Notes under the pieces: model-generated
What the model was told of the DNA's origin: nothing
The model's database searches: none
Seen by the model: only the letters and a program-made list of their open reading frames with translations
Part shown: positions 1 through 8,889 of the stretch, in pieces
How the letters are laid out: every line of letters starts with the position of its first letter
Numbering within the stretch: position 1 is the first letter of the stretch
Assembly (NCBI GenBank): GCA_963749495.1
Contig: CAVVMW010000014.1
Location: 256,001-320,000 of the forward strand
Reading direction: 5' to 3'
Origin: an uncultured bacterium
GTDB taxonomy: Bacteria; Verrucomicrobiota; Verrucomicrobiia; Limisphaerales; UBA8199
DNA length: 64,000 bases
Translations under genes and position numbers: made by a program

Positions 1-265
1 TCAAATCCTCGACATCCTCATGCGCCAGGAGCACACATTGAGCCGAAACGGTCTCATTGCGCAGACCAAAGAGGTTGAGCGCGTTGTGCCGGGGCTCGAG
101 GGCACCGTAGCCGTCCTCGAATACGCGGTCCAGGTCGCTCGCGGCCAAGCACTCGAACGCAGGTTCGGCCGCCTGACCCGGCGGCGAGGCTTCCAGCACC
201 AAGCCCAATCCCACCGTGACGGCCAGCCATTTGGCCGGCCCGAGCCACTGATCATGCGTTGCCAT
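1..265 (-). CDS. Secreted protein, N-terminal part only (runs off window); possibly DUF4091/GH123-like
   Basis: My own translation from ATG at 265 (not in the ORF track): MATHDQWLGPAKWLAVTVGLGLVLEASPPGQAAEPAFECLAASDLDRVFEDG...LFGLRNETVSAQCVLL. Signal-like N-terminus; the LRNExxSxQ motif recalls DUF4091-type proteins. Confidence 0.55.
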   Translation of the reverse strand, partial: MATHDQWLGPAKWLAVTVGLGLVLEASPPGQAAEPAFECLAASDLDRVFEDGYGALEPRHNALNLFGLRNETVSAQCVLLAHEDVEDL

Positions 266-380
266 CGGCCCGATTATGCACAGCCGCCCCCCTGATGCCA
301 GGCAATTTCTCGCCGGGTTGAGGCCTCGGGCGCAACCGGACACCGCCCCCAAATCCTGGTTGTGCCGCGCGGAGCGCTGT

Positions 381-3177
381 TTAAGCCGACTCAATTTCGT
401 CGCTCAGGCCGAGTTCGCGCAGGGCGGCTTTGGTTTCTTCGAGTTTCTGTTTGGAGAGGCCGCCTTCAGGGGACACTTCCACGGTGAGCTTGAGTTTGAG
501 GCCCCTGTTGGCTGCGAATTTGGACAGGACCTTGGTGTAGAAGTTCATCCACTTCTGGGGCGGAACTTCGCCGGTCCAAGTGATGGTGGTGAAGGCGAGC
601 TGTTCAGGCTTTTTTGGCTCGGGAGCCTCTTTGTCTTCATTCTCCGGTTTCGGGGGCTTGGGCTTCTCGGTTGGCTCATCTGGCTTTGGCTCAGGGGAGC
701 GGGCGGGCGGAGCCGCCTTCGTCTTGAGGTAGGCTTCGGCGGTTTCTTTGGTGACGAGGAACATGTCTTCCGAAAACTCAATGTCACGGTTCATCAATGC
801 CTGGTTGAAGACGAACGGTTTATAGTCCCCCGTTCCGGTCTTGCCGACGTAGGCGAGGAGGCCGTTGCCGACGCCACGCGAAATGGTTTCACGGATGGCG
901 TCGGCACTGAGGAGGCGCGGGAACCTGGGCGAAGCGAAGAAGGCATCGCGGACGGACTGGGTCTGCCATTCCTTCATCCCCGGCCAATTGCGGACGAGGA
1001 AGCTCGGGCTGATGCCGGATTCGAGGTCGCCATCCTGGCGGAGCCGGTTGAGAACCAGCGTGACAATGTTCTGGGGCGGCGCTGGAATGGACCAACCCCA
1101 TGTCCACTTGTTTGATGGCGTTGTCTTTGCCCAGGAGCATCAGGACTTTGTAGGTGCGCCAGACGGCTTCTCTGAAATCGCGGCGGGCCTTTTTCAGGCT
1201 TTCGGAAAGGTGGCGGGTTTGCGTCTCGTCGAGCTTGAGGTCCGGGGCCTCTTCATCGATGTCTTCCCACGCGAGGACCTTGCGGGCCTCGTCGCGAAGA
1301 ACATCGGCGGATTCCGGGACGCAAAAGATCAGGGCGCTCTTGAATGTGCGCGAGGATGAGCCGTACTCGCGGGTGATGGTTTCGACCACTTTGGTGGTGG
1401 CCCTCTCGTCTTGGAGCGAGTCGTCGGGCGAGAGGATGACCAGTGTGACGGCCGGCCGGTCGGGGACCTGGTTGGTCTTTTCGGGGAAGAAGACGCGCTC
1501 GACGGCGGCGCCGGCGGCGAAGACTTTTTGGATTTCCTCGCGGACCTGTTCGTCAACCGCGGGGGGCTGGATCGTGGCGCGGCGGTCGGCGAAGCGTTTG
1601 TTGAGGTTTTCCCGGAGGGTGAAACGGTAGCGGTTGCGCTCGACCGCCAGGTAATAGCAGGCCTCGGCCAGCGACTCGAGGGCGGTCTCGACGTTGCCGA
1701 TGTCCAGCCCAGGTTCGGCAACCGCGAGCCGGATTTCAGGCTGGGTGGCTTCGCCCTTCGCCTGGCCGCCGTTCGACTCAAAGAAAATGGCCGTCGCAAC
1801 TTTGCGATGCAGGCGGGCGTTCCTGATGGTGTCCTGGGCCTCGGCATCGAGGCGTACGGCGTGGGATTCTTTCTTGCCGCAGATGTCCGTTGTGACCGCG
1901 CCTTCGAGTTTGGTTTCGCCGAGTTGCTCGAAGACGGCTGAGCGGAAGAGCGAGTCGTCGAGCGGGGCGGTGCCCAAACCAATCACGGGGTCCTTCTGAC
2001 CGCTCTTGAAACCGGCTTGGTAAGCGTTGGCGACCCAGAGGGCCAGCATGCGGAGCACACCGCGGGTCTGCTGGAAGCGGGGGAGCTCCTGCCATTTGCG
2101 TTCGAAGACCGAGATGGCGGCCGGATGGAACGGGTAAGTGGCGGCGAAGGCCTCGCGGGCGGTGTCAAGGGGGAACCAGTGGGGCAACTGCTGGCGATTC
2201 TCGATCACCCAGTCACCGTACTCGTTGCAGGCTTCCAGGGCGTCCTTAGGGAGCATGACTTTGCCCTCGGTGGTGATGGCGCGTTCGTCCCATTCGAAAA
2301 GGCGGCGGCGCACGATTTCGGAGGCCTCGGCCTCGGCGGACATGACGATGGCTTTGCCGAGCCGGTCGAGCATTTTCTTGAACCGCTCGTAATCGGATTG
2401 GTCCTCGGCGGTCATCTCCATCTCGGACGCCGGGATGGAAACGGCGAGGACGACGTTATCGAGCCCGCGCGCAACCTCGGAGAGGTTCTGGAGGAAATTG
2501 TAAAGTTGGGCGCCAAGCCCACTTTTTCGATTGCGGCTGACGTAATTCATCAGCTCGTCCATGAGGAGGAGGCTGGGGTGGTCCTTGGTGAAGAACTTGC
2601 GGATGACCTCCCCGCCGGGGGCGGAATCATGCCCCGCGACCAGTGCGAGCATTTCCTCGGCTGCCTGCCTGTTGTGGGACAGGCCGAGCTGCCAGGCGAT
2701 TTCCGCCCAGGGGGTCTTGCGGAGGGGGGTGCCATCCTCACCGCCGCGGCCTCTGACCGAATCAAATTCCGCCCCTACCAGGACTGCCACCGCGGCCTTG
2801 GGGACCTCCTGGACACCCGCCGCCGTGAGCAGTTGTTGGACCCCGCCACAGCGCGCGCAACCCGGGCCGTTCTTGGCCAAGTGGTACAGGAGTGTGAGCG
2901 CGTGGGTTTTGCCGCCGCCGAATTGGGTAGCCAGATTGAAGACCGCGCTGGTCTCGGTCCGCTCGCCCGAGAGGCGGCGGATGACTTGGCTGGCCAGGGT
3001 GGAAAGGTTCTTTGTCAGGTACGTGCGCGCGAAGAATCGGTCCGGCTCTTGGTAGTCCGGCGGGGCGGAGCCGTTGCGAACATCGTCCAGGTGGACGGCA
3101 AATTCGGCGGCGTCGAGCGGTTTGCCCTCGCGGAGGTCTTCGCGGGGGGTGACGACTTTATACCAGGGTTTTAACAT
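381..3177 (-). CDS. DUF499 family AAA+ ATPase (~931 aa), split by a 1-nt insertion near 1073-1076
   Basis: N-terminal LKPWYKVVTPREDL...EFAVHL, Walker A TQFGGGKTH, Walker B LLLMDEL, YPFHP and FQQTRGVLR motifs. Removing one base from the G-run at 1073-1076 joins ORF 889..3177 to ORF 381..977 (...SAAQNIVTLVLNRLRQDG...NWPGMKEW). Confidence 0.9.
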
Positions 3178-3235
3178 AATGCTAAATTCTGAATGCTAAA
3201 ATCGATCTTGTTTGGAGGTTCCCGTAAATTGTCAA

Positions 3236-3280
3236 TAAATAAATAAATATGTTGACATGTTATACAGATTGCAATACTGT
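3236..3280 (+). promoter_or_regulatory. Sigma70-type promoter pointing antisense into the defence operon
   Basis: TTGACA (3252-3257), 17-nt spacer, TACTGT (3275-3280), preceded by an AT-only UP-like tract (3236-3250) in a high-GC background. Confidence 0.7.
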
Positions 3281-3285
3281 TTAAC

Positions 3286-3385
3286 CGATGCTTGGCAACA
3301 AGCAGCTCCTCCACGCCTTACGGCTGTGGATAAGGTTTCTGGCCCCGTGAACCGGCTAATCACGGGGCAATTCCTTTTTCTTTTG
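3286..3385 (+). ncRNA. Candidate structured small RNA (~100 nt) associated with the DUF3800 module
   Basis: Three consecutive hairpins right after the promoter: TGCTTG-GCAA-CAAGCA (GNRA loop, 3289-3304); TCCACGCC-TTAC-GGC(T)GTGGA (3310-3330); GCCCCGTGA-N9-TCACGGGGC (3342-3368), followed by a T-rich tract. Confidence 0.6.
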
Positions 3386-3887
3386 GAATTCGCCATTGGA
3401 GCCTTCCTCCGCGGATGAATTTCGCGATTTCGGGTTTGGGGGCTGGGAAAGCGGATGAGAATCGCCACCCTCCATTCATTCTGGGGTGAAGCCAGACGAC
3501 ATAGCCGTATTCCCAATGCACATAGAGCCGGTCGAGGGGATGGTTGCGTCCCGACTCGGGCCGCACATGCCAACATTCGGTTCCGGGAACGGTCCCCGCC
3601 AGGATTTCCTTTATCCACCGGACGCGCGCGATCCTCTCCAGGGCGATTTTGTCCTTGGCGTAGGGGTGCTTGGCGCGATCAGATGAGGTTCTGGATGCGT
3701 GTTTCTCCCAGCGGTCCACGAAAAAGGAGGCAGTGCCACCGCCGTGGAGATCCATCGTGCCTGAGAATGCCGAGTTCGTATAAAGGAGGGCGAAGAGCCG
3801 GCGACCTTCGGCCTCTGCCTCCTGTTCGGACAGGCCTTCCAGTGGAAGCAATAACGTGTGTAGTTCCAAGGTCCGCCTCTTACTCAA
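3360..3887 (-). CDS. Hypothetical protein, possible BECR/RelE-like RNase fold
   Basis: 175-aa ORF overlapping the DUF3800 stop by 8 nt. Has ERIARVRWIKEIL and a C-terminal beta-rich RLYV..GYVVWL..WRFSSAFP pattern; the fold is inferred. Confidence 0.65.
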   Translation of the reverse strand: MSKRRTLELHTLLLPLEGLSEQEAEAEGRRLFALLYTNSAFSGTMDLHGGGTASFFVDRWEKHASRTSSDRAKHPYAKDKIALERIARVRWIKEILAGTVPGTECWHVRPESGRNHPLDRLYVHWEYGYVVWLHPRMNGGWRFSSAFPAPKPEIAKFIRGGRLQWRIPKEKGIAP

Positions 3888-4563
3888 GGTTGATGCGAAA
3901 GATGTTAAATTTCGTCATGCCCGGGCTGGTGTCCGCCGTGCGGAGGGAGGCACCTCGACGGTCTGCGATGTAGTCGGCAAGCTGAGCTTTCGGGGAGGCG
4001 CCCGTGAAGCCGCACCAGGCTCCGGCGACAGCACCCGTCAGGAGGTCGCTTAACTGAGCCAACGGCGACTGGTGGGAATCGATAACCGTCAGATCATCAA
4101 TCCAGGCGGTGCCGCGAGCCTTGTTCTCGAGAGCGCGCCGGAGGGTTGTGTAACGGTCAGCGCCCTTGTTCTTCTTGAAGTCGAGGAGGACCAGGTAACG
4201 GTTCCCATCGAGGATCCATTTCTCCAGCATTTCGAAGTAGAACTTATAGAAGCCAAGTTCGCGGTCGCCACCATGAAAGCGGTTGAAGTCCACTTTGGAC
4301 TGCTCGACGACGATCACGCGGAAGCGGAGGTCTGGCTGATCGAAGAGGAAGTCCACGAGCCTTTGGTAGTCCGGGAGGCGTTTTTGACTGACCTTGCTCC
4401 ACTTGACCTCGCCGTTGAGAGCGACGCTTTCACGCAGGGCGCGGAACTTCTTGGTCAGGTCGTCTTTGAGGGGGCGCGGCACCCACAACCCACCGATGGA
4501 CATATACCGGTTTTGGGGAGATTGGTCGTGGCGGCTTTCGTCGCAATAAATAACGAACTCCAT
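3880..4563 (-). CDS. DUF3800 domain protein (RNase H-like fold)
   Basis: N-terminal IYCDES, central EVKWSK and C-terminal DSHQSPLAQLSDLL (QxxD) motifs typical of DUF3800. Confidence 0.88.
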   Translation of the reverse strand: MEFVIYCDESRHDQSPQNRYMSIGGLWVPRPLKDDLTKKFRALRESVALNGEVKWSKVSQKRLPDYQRLVDFLFDQPDLRFRVIVVEQSKVDFNRFHGGDRELGFYKFYFEMLEKWILDGNRYLVLLDFKKNKGADRYTTLRRALENKARGTAWIDDLTVIDSHQSPLAQLSDLLTGAVAGAWCGFTGASPKAQLADYIADRRGASLRTADTSPGMTKFNIFRINLE

Positions 4564-4565
4564 GG

Positions 4566-7500
4566 TTAGAAACCTAATCCTTTCTTTCGGGCGAGAACGC
4601 CGTCAACCCAGCGCTTTTCTTCGGTGCTGGAGGGGTACAGGGCGGAGAGGGCCTGGGCGAGACGCCAGAAACGCTGGTCGTTGCCAGCGCCGTCCTCGAC
4701 CAGGAAGTGTTTGAGGGCCTCGCCGCGACTAGCGGCGAAGAGGATCATGCTTTGATGGACGCGATCCAGCACGGTTTTGCCAACCCGGTCAACTTTGGTT
4801 TCGCCAAAAGTGGATTCGGCGCCGCCGTCCGCCGGCTGGACAGCCTTGAACAGGTCCATCTGCGGTTGGCGCTTCCGACGGACCGGGGCTGCCTTGCCTT
4901 CGCCTTTCCCGAAAAGGTGGTTGGCGCGTTCGGCCACGGGCAGCAGTCGGGCGATCTCGCCCGAAACTTCAACGAGGCTTTGCAGGTCCTCAAGGTGGGC
5001 GCCAAGCCCCTGCGCGATCTTACGTGCCGCGTCGTATTCGAGGACGAAGCCTCCTTTCGCCTTCCCTCCTCTGGCGTTTTCATCGCCTTCGTCTTCCGGC
5101 TCTTCCTCTGGCTCTCCTTGAGTATTCAGCCTTTCGCCCTCAGCCTTTGTGTTGAGCGTCCAGAGCCACATGGCGGTGAGTCGGGCGTCTTCCTCGAAGC
5201 CGGTGGCGTCGGCGCCTCCGAAAATCATGGTGAGGGCTTCCTTGGCCACGGCGGCCCAGACCTGCTCCAGGTACTCCTTGAGCGTGACGGCCTCGCCGCT
5301 GGCCTTCTCCACGCGCGAATAGCGGGAGAAGATTTCCAGGGCCGGGCCGAGACAGGCGAAGATGGCGTCCGCGCCGACAACGCCCTCCTCGGCCAAGTGC
5401 GGCATCCATTCGTGGATGCGGGGAGGCAACCCGGTGAGCACGTCGCGCCAATCACCGACCTCATCGATCCGTACCGAGCCGCCGGGATTCTCGCGAGGTC
5501 GGCAGACGAGGTGAACGGAGGACTGTAAGGCTGCCGACCCTATTGCTCGCTGGCGGTTCGGCCTTTCTGTATCAATCGGCCACGAAGCCGAAACCATCCA
5601 ACCGGCAAGAATCATGGCGTCAAGAATCGCTTCCCAACCAGCGGTGGTTTTGTTCGCGAAGACTACGACTCCGATACCCTCGGGCCGAACGACACGCCGA
5701 GAAACCCGGAACGCGGCACCCATGCTTTTCAGGTAGGTCTGGTCGTTTTTTTCGCCGCGCCCATCTTCGAGTGTTTTCCCTATGCTGATAGCCTCCTGTG
5801 CTTTTGGCACATGGTCTTCGTTGTAGCTGAGAACTGATGGCGGCGCTGACCTGCGAAGCCACGGGTAGAAGAACTCCGAGAGGTCGCTGTAGCCGAATGC
5901 AGCGTAATACGGCGGGTCGGTTATCATCGCTGCCGCGATGTGGTCGGGCAGGCAAGCTTCCTGTGCCGGGGACCGTACGACGGTTCCAGGATGCAGGTGG
6001 CTTTCAGCCAAGTTACGGATGACCCGCACAATCCAGTCGATCTGACCGTTCCAGTCTCCTCCGGAGCCACCGGTTGGATTTACTTCAACGAAGTCCAAGA
6101 TCATTGGCATCTTATTCTGGGAACCGTTTGACGCTGCCACGGCTTCGAGGGACGGCAACCAGCGGCAGAGCGTGGAACAAAGGTCGTTTACTCTTCCAAC
6201 CGCGAGGGCGAGGCAGGTCAAGACTGCGTTTTGCTCTGGCTCCGCGAGGTCGGTAGCTTCGAGGGCTTCCCGGAGCGACTGGCTTGTCACAAGGCAAGAG
6301 AGGGTCGTCAACGCCACCAGCTGACGTGGCGTGTAGAGGTCACGCCAACGACGGATGCCGTACTTCTGGAAGCGGAAGCCCAGTGCTCCGTCAGGCGGGG
6401 CGTCTTCATGGGGGATGGAGGGCAGACCGTTCAGGGTTTCGTATTCGAGTTTAGCAACGCGTCCGCTGACGACCTCGAGAGCATGATAATCCTGCTCGTG
6501 CGGAGCGCGGTAGTCCTTTCCGTCGCGGTGGGGGTTTGTTGTTACGACGGCGAGTAACCTCGCGGGATCGCTGCCGCCATGTTTCCTGGACAGGGCTTCC
6601 CGGACACGCTTTGCCGGAGTTGTGTACCCGCATAAGGGACAGGTTGCGGAGCTCCTCTTGGAAATTGCCGGCATAACCTCGCCGTCCTTCGGGGACTTCG
6701 TGACGGTCACTTCGACGGTGTTTGTTCGCGTGTTCTTGGCGAGAGTAAATGCACGTTTGCGACCTTCCTTGGTTGAAAGCCAGGTTTGACCAACGAGCGG
6801 TACTTCCGCGCCGCAGCCGGGGCCTTCGCATTGGATGGTGCGCGCCCAGAGGTAGGCGATGGGCGTCGCGCCGTCGGGGTCTTTGGGGTAGAACTCGGCC
6901 AATTCCTTCTCCGCCTCGTGCTTGATCCAGTCGCCCCATTTGCGGACCTCATCGGCGAGGCGCTGGCCATATTTGGGGATGTATTCGAGGACGACCTTGT
7001 TGAGCAGGACGGCCACGGGATTCAGATCGCTGGCAAACGCGTCTGCGCCGACGCGGAGGGCTTCGAGCGGGATGGAGCCGCCGCCGCAAAATGGGTCCAC
7101 GACGAGCGGGCGGGTGCCGGGGGCGCCGCCGAGGGCCTCGTGGGCGGCCTGGGTAAGGGCGCGGCTGGTGTCGAGGTATTCCTTAACGGTGGAGTTATCC
7201 CAATTGGCGAAGTCGGCGATGAAGTCGAGGAGGGCCGAACGCAAGGCTAAAGGCTGAAGGCTAAAGGCTGAAGTGGAAGTCAGCTTCTGCCAGAGCTTGA
7301 AGTTTTCGGGGGAGGAGTGGTCATTGGCGAGCTTGGTGTCGCCGGTCACTTTGCGGGCGAAGTCGAGGAGGAGCTTTGCTGCGGCTTCGCGGAAGGCGGC
7401 AGGGCAGTTCGTGTCGGCGGGGTCCGGCCATAGCGCCGCGCAAATGACCGCCCGGCAAGCCGCCAACGGCCGCCGTGCCCACCAGATGTGCAACGTCGAA

Positions 7501-7601
7501 ATATGGCCGTGCCGGATGGACTTCTCGCGCCGGGCGTGGGCCGAGATGCGCTTGATCGGCAGGTCAACTTCGATGAGGCGTTTGGGGTAGGTAGTGGACA
7601 T
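4566..7601 (-). CDS. DUF1156 family adenine-specific DNA methyltransferase with Zn ribbon
   Basis: KRLIEVDLPI and LHIWWARRPLAACRA; SAM-binding DPFCGGGSIP; catalytic TDPPYY; CxxxxC and CxxC Zn motifs. Confidence 0.92.
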   Translation of the reverse strand: MSTTYPKRLIEVDLPIKRISAHARREKSIRHGHISTLHIWWARRPLAACRAVICAALWPDPADTNCPAAFREAAAKLLLDFARKVTGDTKLANDHSSPENFKLWQKLTSTSAFSLQPLALRSALLDFIADFANWDNSTVKEYLDTSRALTQAAHEALGGAPGTRPLVVDPFCGGGSIPLEALRVGADAFASDLNPVAVLLNKVVLEYIPKYGQRLADEVRKWGDWIKHEAEKELAEFYPKDPDGATPIAYLWARTIQCEGPGCGAEVPLVGQTWLSTKEGRKRAFTLAKNTRTNTVEVTVTKSPKDGEVMPAISKRSSATCPLCGYTTPAKRVREALSRKHGGSDPARLLAVVTTNPHRDGKDYRAPHEQDYHALEVVSGRVAKLEYETLNGLPSIPHEDAPPDGALGFRFQKYGIRRWRDLYTPRQLVALTTLSCLVTSQSLREALEATDLAEPEQNAVLTCLALAVGRVNDLCSTLCRWLPSLEAVAASNGSQNKMPMILDFVEVNPTGGSGGDWNGQIDWIVRVIRNLAESHLHPGTVVRSPAQEACLPDHIAAAMITDPPYYAAFGYSDLSEFFYPWLRRSAPPSVLSYNEDHVPKAQEAISIGKTLEDGRGEKNDQTYLKSMGAAFRVSRRVVRPEGIGVVVFANKTTAGWEAILDAMILAGWMVSASWPIDTERPNRQRAIGSAALQSSVHLVCRPRENPGGSVRIDEVGDWRDVLTGLPPRIHEWMPHLAEEGVVGADAIFACLGPALEIFSRYSRVEKASGEAVTLKEYLEQVWAAVAKEALTMIFGGADATGFEEDARLTAMWLWTLNTKAEGERLNTQGEPEEEPEDEGDENARGGKAKGGFVLEYDAARKIAQGLGAHLEDLQSLVEVSGEIARLLPVAERANHLFGKGEGKAAPVRRKRQPQMDLFKAVQPADGGAESTFGETKVDRVGKTVLDRVHQSMILFAASRGEALKHFLVEDGAGNDQRFWRLAQALSALYPSSTEEKRWVDGVLARKKGLGF

Positions 7602-7615
7602 TGAATGGTTTGGGA

Positions 7616-7792
7616 TCAGCTCGCCCCTTTCAAAATGTCGGAAGCAGGAATGAAGATCTCCCGGTTTGCGACTGCGCGAGCGTCCGGAACACTGCTCCGA
7701 TCAAGGCGCGAACGCACGTCGGACTTCTTCCAAAACACGTTAATGACGGCTTCTTTGAGGGCCGAAAGAACATTGTCAGGAAAATGAGCCAT
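7616..7792 (-). pseudogene. 58-aa remnant, probably an internally deleted (Mrr-like) restriction endonuclease gene
   Basis: My translation: MAHFPDNVLSALKEAVINVFWKKSDVRSRLDRSSVPDARAVANREIFIPASDILKGAS. It fills the gap between the radical SAM and methylase genes; the N-terminus resembles Mrr-fused proteins from memory. Confidence 0.4.
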
Positions 7793-7801
7793 AAACGGGC
7801 G

Positions 7802-8889
7802 CTACCCTGTTGGCCACTCACTGATCCGATTCCAGATGCGCTGGAGCCATTTTTCGTATGCCTGCGGATTCGGCATGGACTGTACAACCCAGGCGGCGCT
7901 GAGGGACTTGTCGGGCCAGAGATGGAGCCGGTTGGCGACGCCGACTTCCTTGGCGACCTGGTGAACGAGCTTGAAGGATTGCAGGGCGTAATCCTTCCAG
8001 GATTCACGCGTGGCGAAGACTTCCGAGCGCAGGCGGATTTTGAGGGCGTCCGCCTGGACCTGGATGCGCTCGACGTTTTCGGCGCGGATGTTGATCGGCT
8101 CGTGGAAGATGGTGAGCGGCTTGAGCTCAGCGATGGCTTTGAGCGTCGCCCGCAAGTCCGCTTCGTCAGATTCCGGGTAAGTCGGCGCGATGGCGACATA
8201 GACGTTGAGGCCGGCCCGCCTGGCGGCATGGAGCGTGGCGAGGCGCTGGGCGGGCGAGGGCGCTTTCGGCTGTACGCCCGGGAGAGGTCGTCGCGCAGGG
8301 TGGGCAGGCTCATGCCGAAGAGGAGCCGGTTGCCGAAGGACTTGAAGAGGTCGAAGTGGCGCCGGGCGAGCGGGCTTCGGGTTAGGATACGAACGCGCAG
8401 GGTTGAGCGGTTGCGGATGAGTTCCAAGGAGCGCCGGACGAGGTATTCGGCTGAGGACGCCAGTTCGGCGCGGAGGGTGGCGTCGGAGCTGCGGAAGACT
8501 TGGTAGGGGTCGGTAGTGGAGCAGTAGATGACCGCGCGGTTTCCATCGCCGTTCAGCTCGGAGCGCGGTTTGCCCTCTGCCTGGGCGAGGGAGGCGAGGA
8601 ATTTGCGCTCAATCCAGCGGCGCAGCAGGACGTAGTCGCCCCAGTCGGCATCGGGGTCCTGGACGCCGTATTCCTTGAGCTTGGGGCCGATTTTGATGGT
8701 GGCCGCGCTGGGGACGTAGCAGAAGCGGCATGCGTGGCCGCAGCCGATCGCGATGTTGAATGACCAGTTGGAGAGGCTCTTGTGGACGAAGTAGTTCTCC
8801 TGAATGACGGCGGGGTGCTCCCAAAACCCCAGCGGGGATTTGGTCGCTTCGCGTTGTTCTGGACTGAGCAATACGGGCATACTCGTCAT
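7802..8889 (-). CDS. Radical SAM protein (spore-photoproduct-lyase-like), 1-nt deletion near 8271
   Basis: CxxxCxxC motif GCGHACRFCYV, plus TTDPYQ and ILTRSPL. Adding one G restores YEPKAPSPAQRL and joins ORF 7802..8155. Start overlaps the upstream stop (ATGA). Confidence 0.88.

Noticed and set aside
381..977. Separate small gene downstream of DUF499
   Set aside because: It is the C-terminus of the ATPase, reached by correcting one base.
3205..3235. Minus-strand promoter for the DUF499 gene
   Set aside because: TTGACA is present at 3235-3230, but there is no convincing -10 at 16-18 nt spacing, so it is not called.
3286..3385. tRNA or simple terminator explanation for the hairpins
   Set aside because: No cloverleaf, T-loop or CCA. 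The T-tract is on the strand opposite the operon and a dedicated promoter precedes the hairpins.
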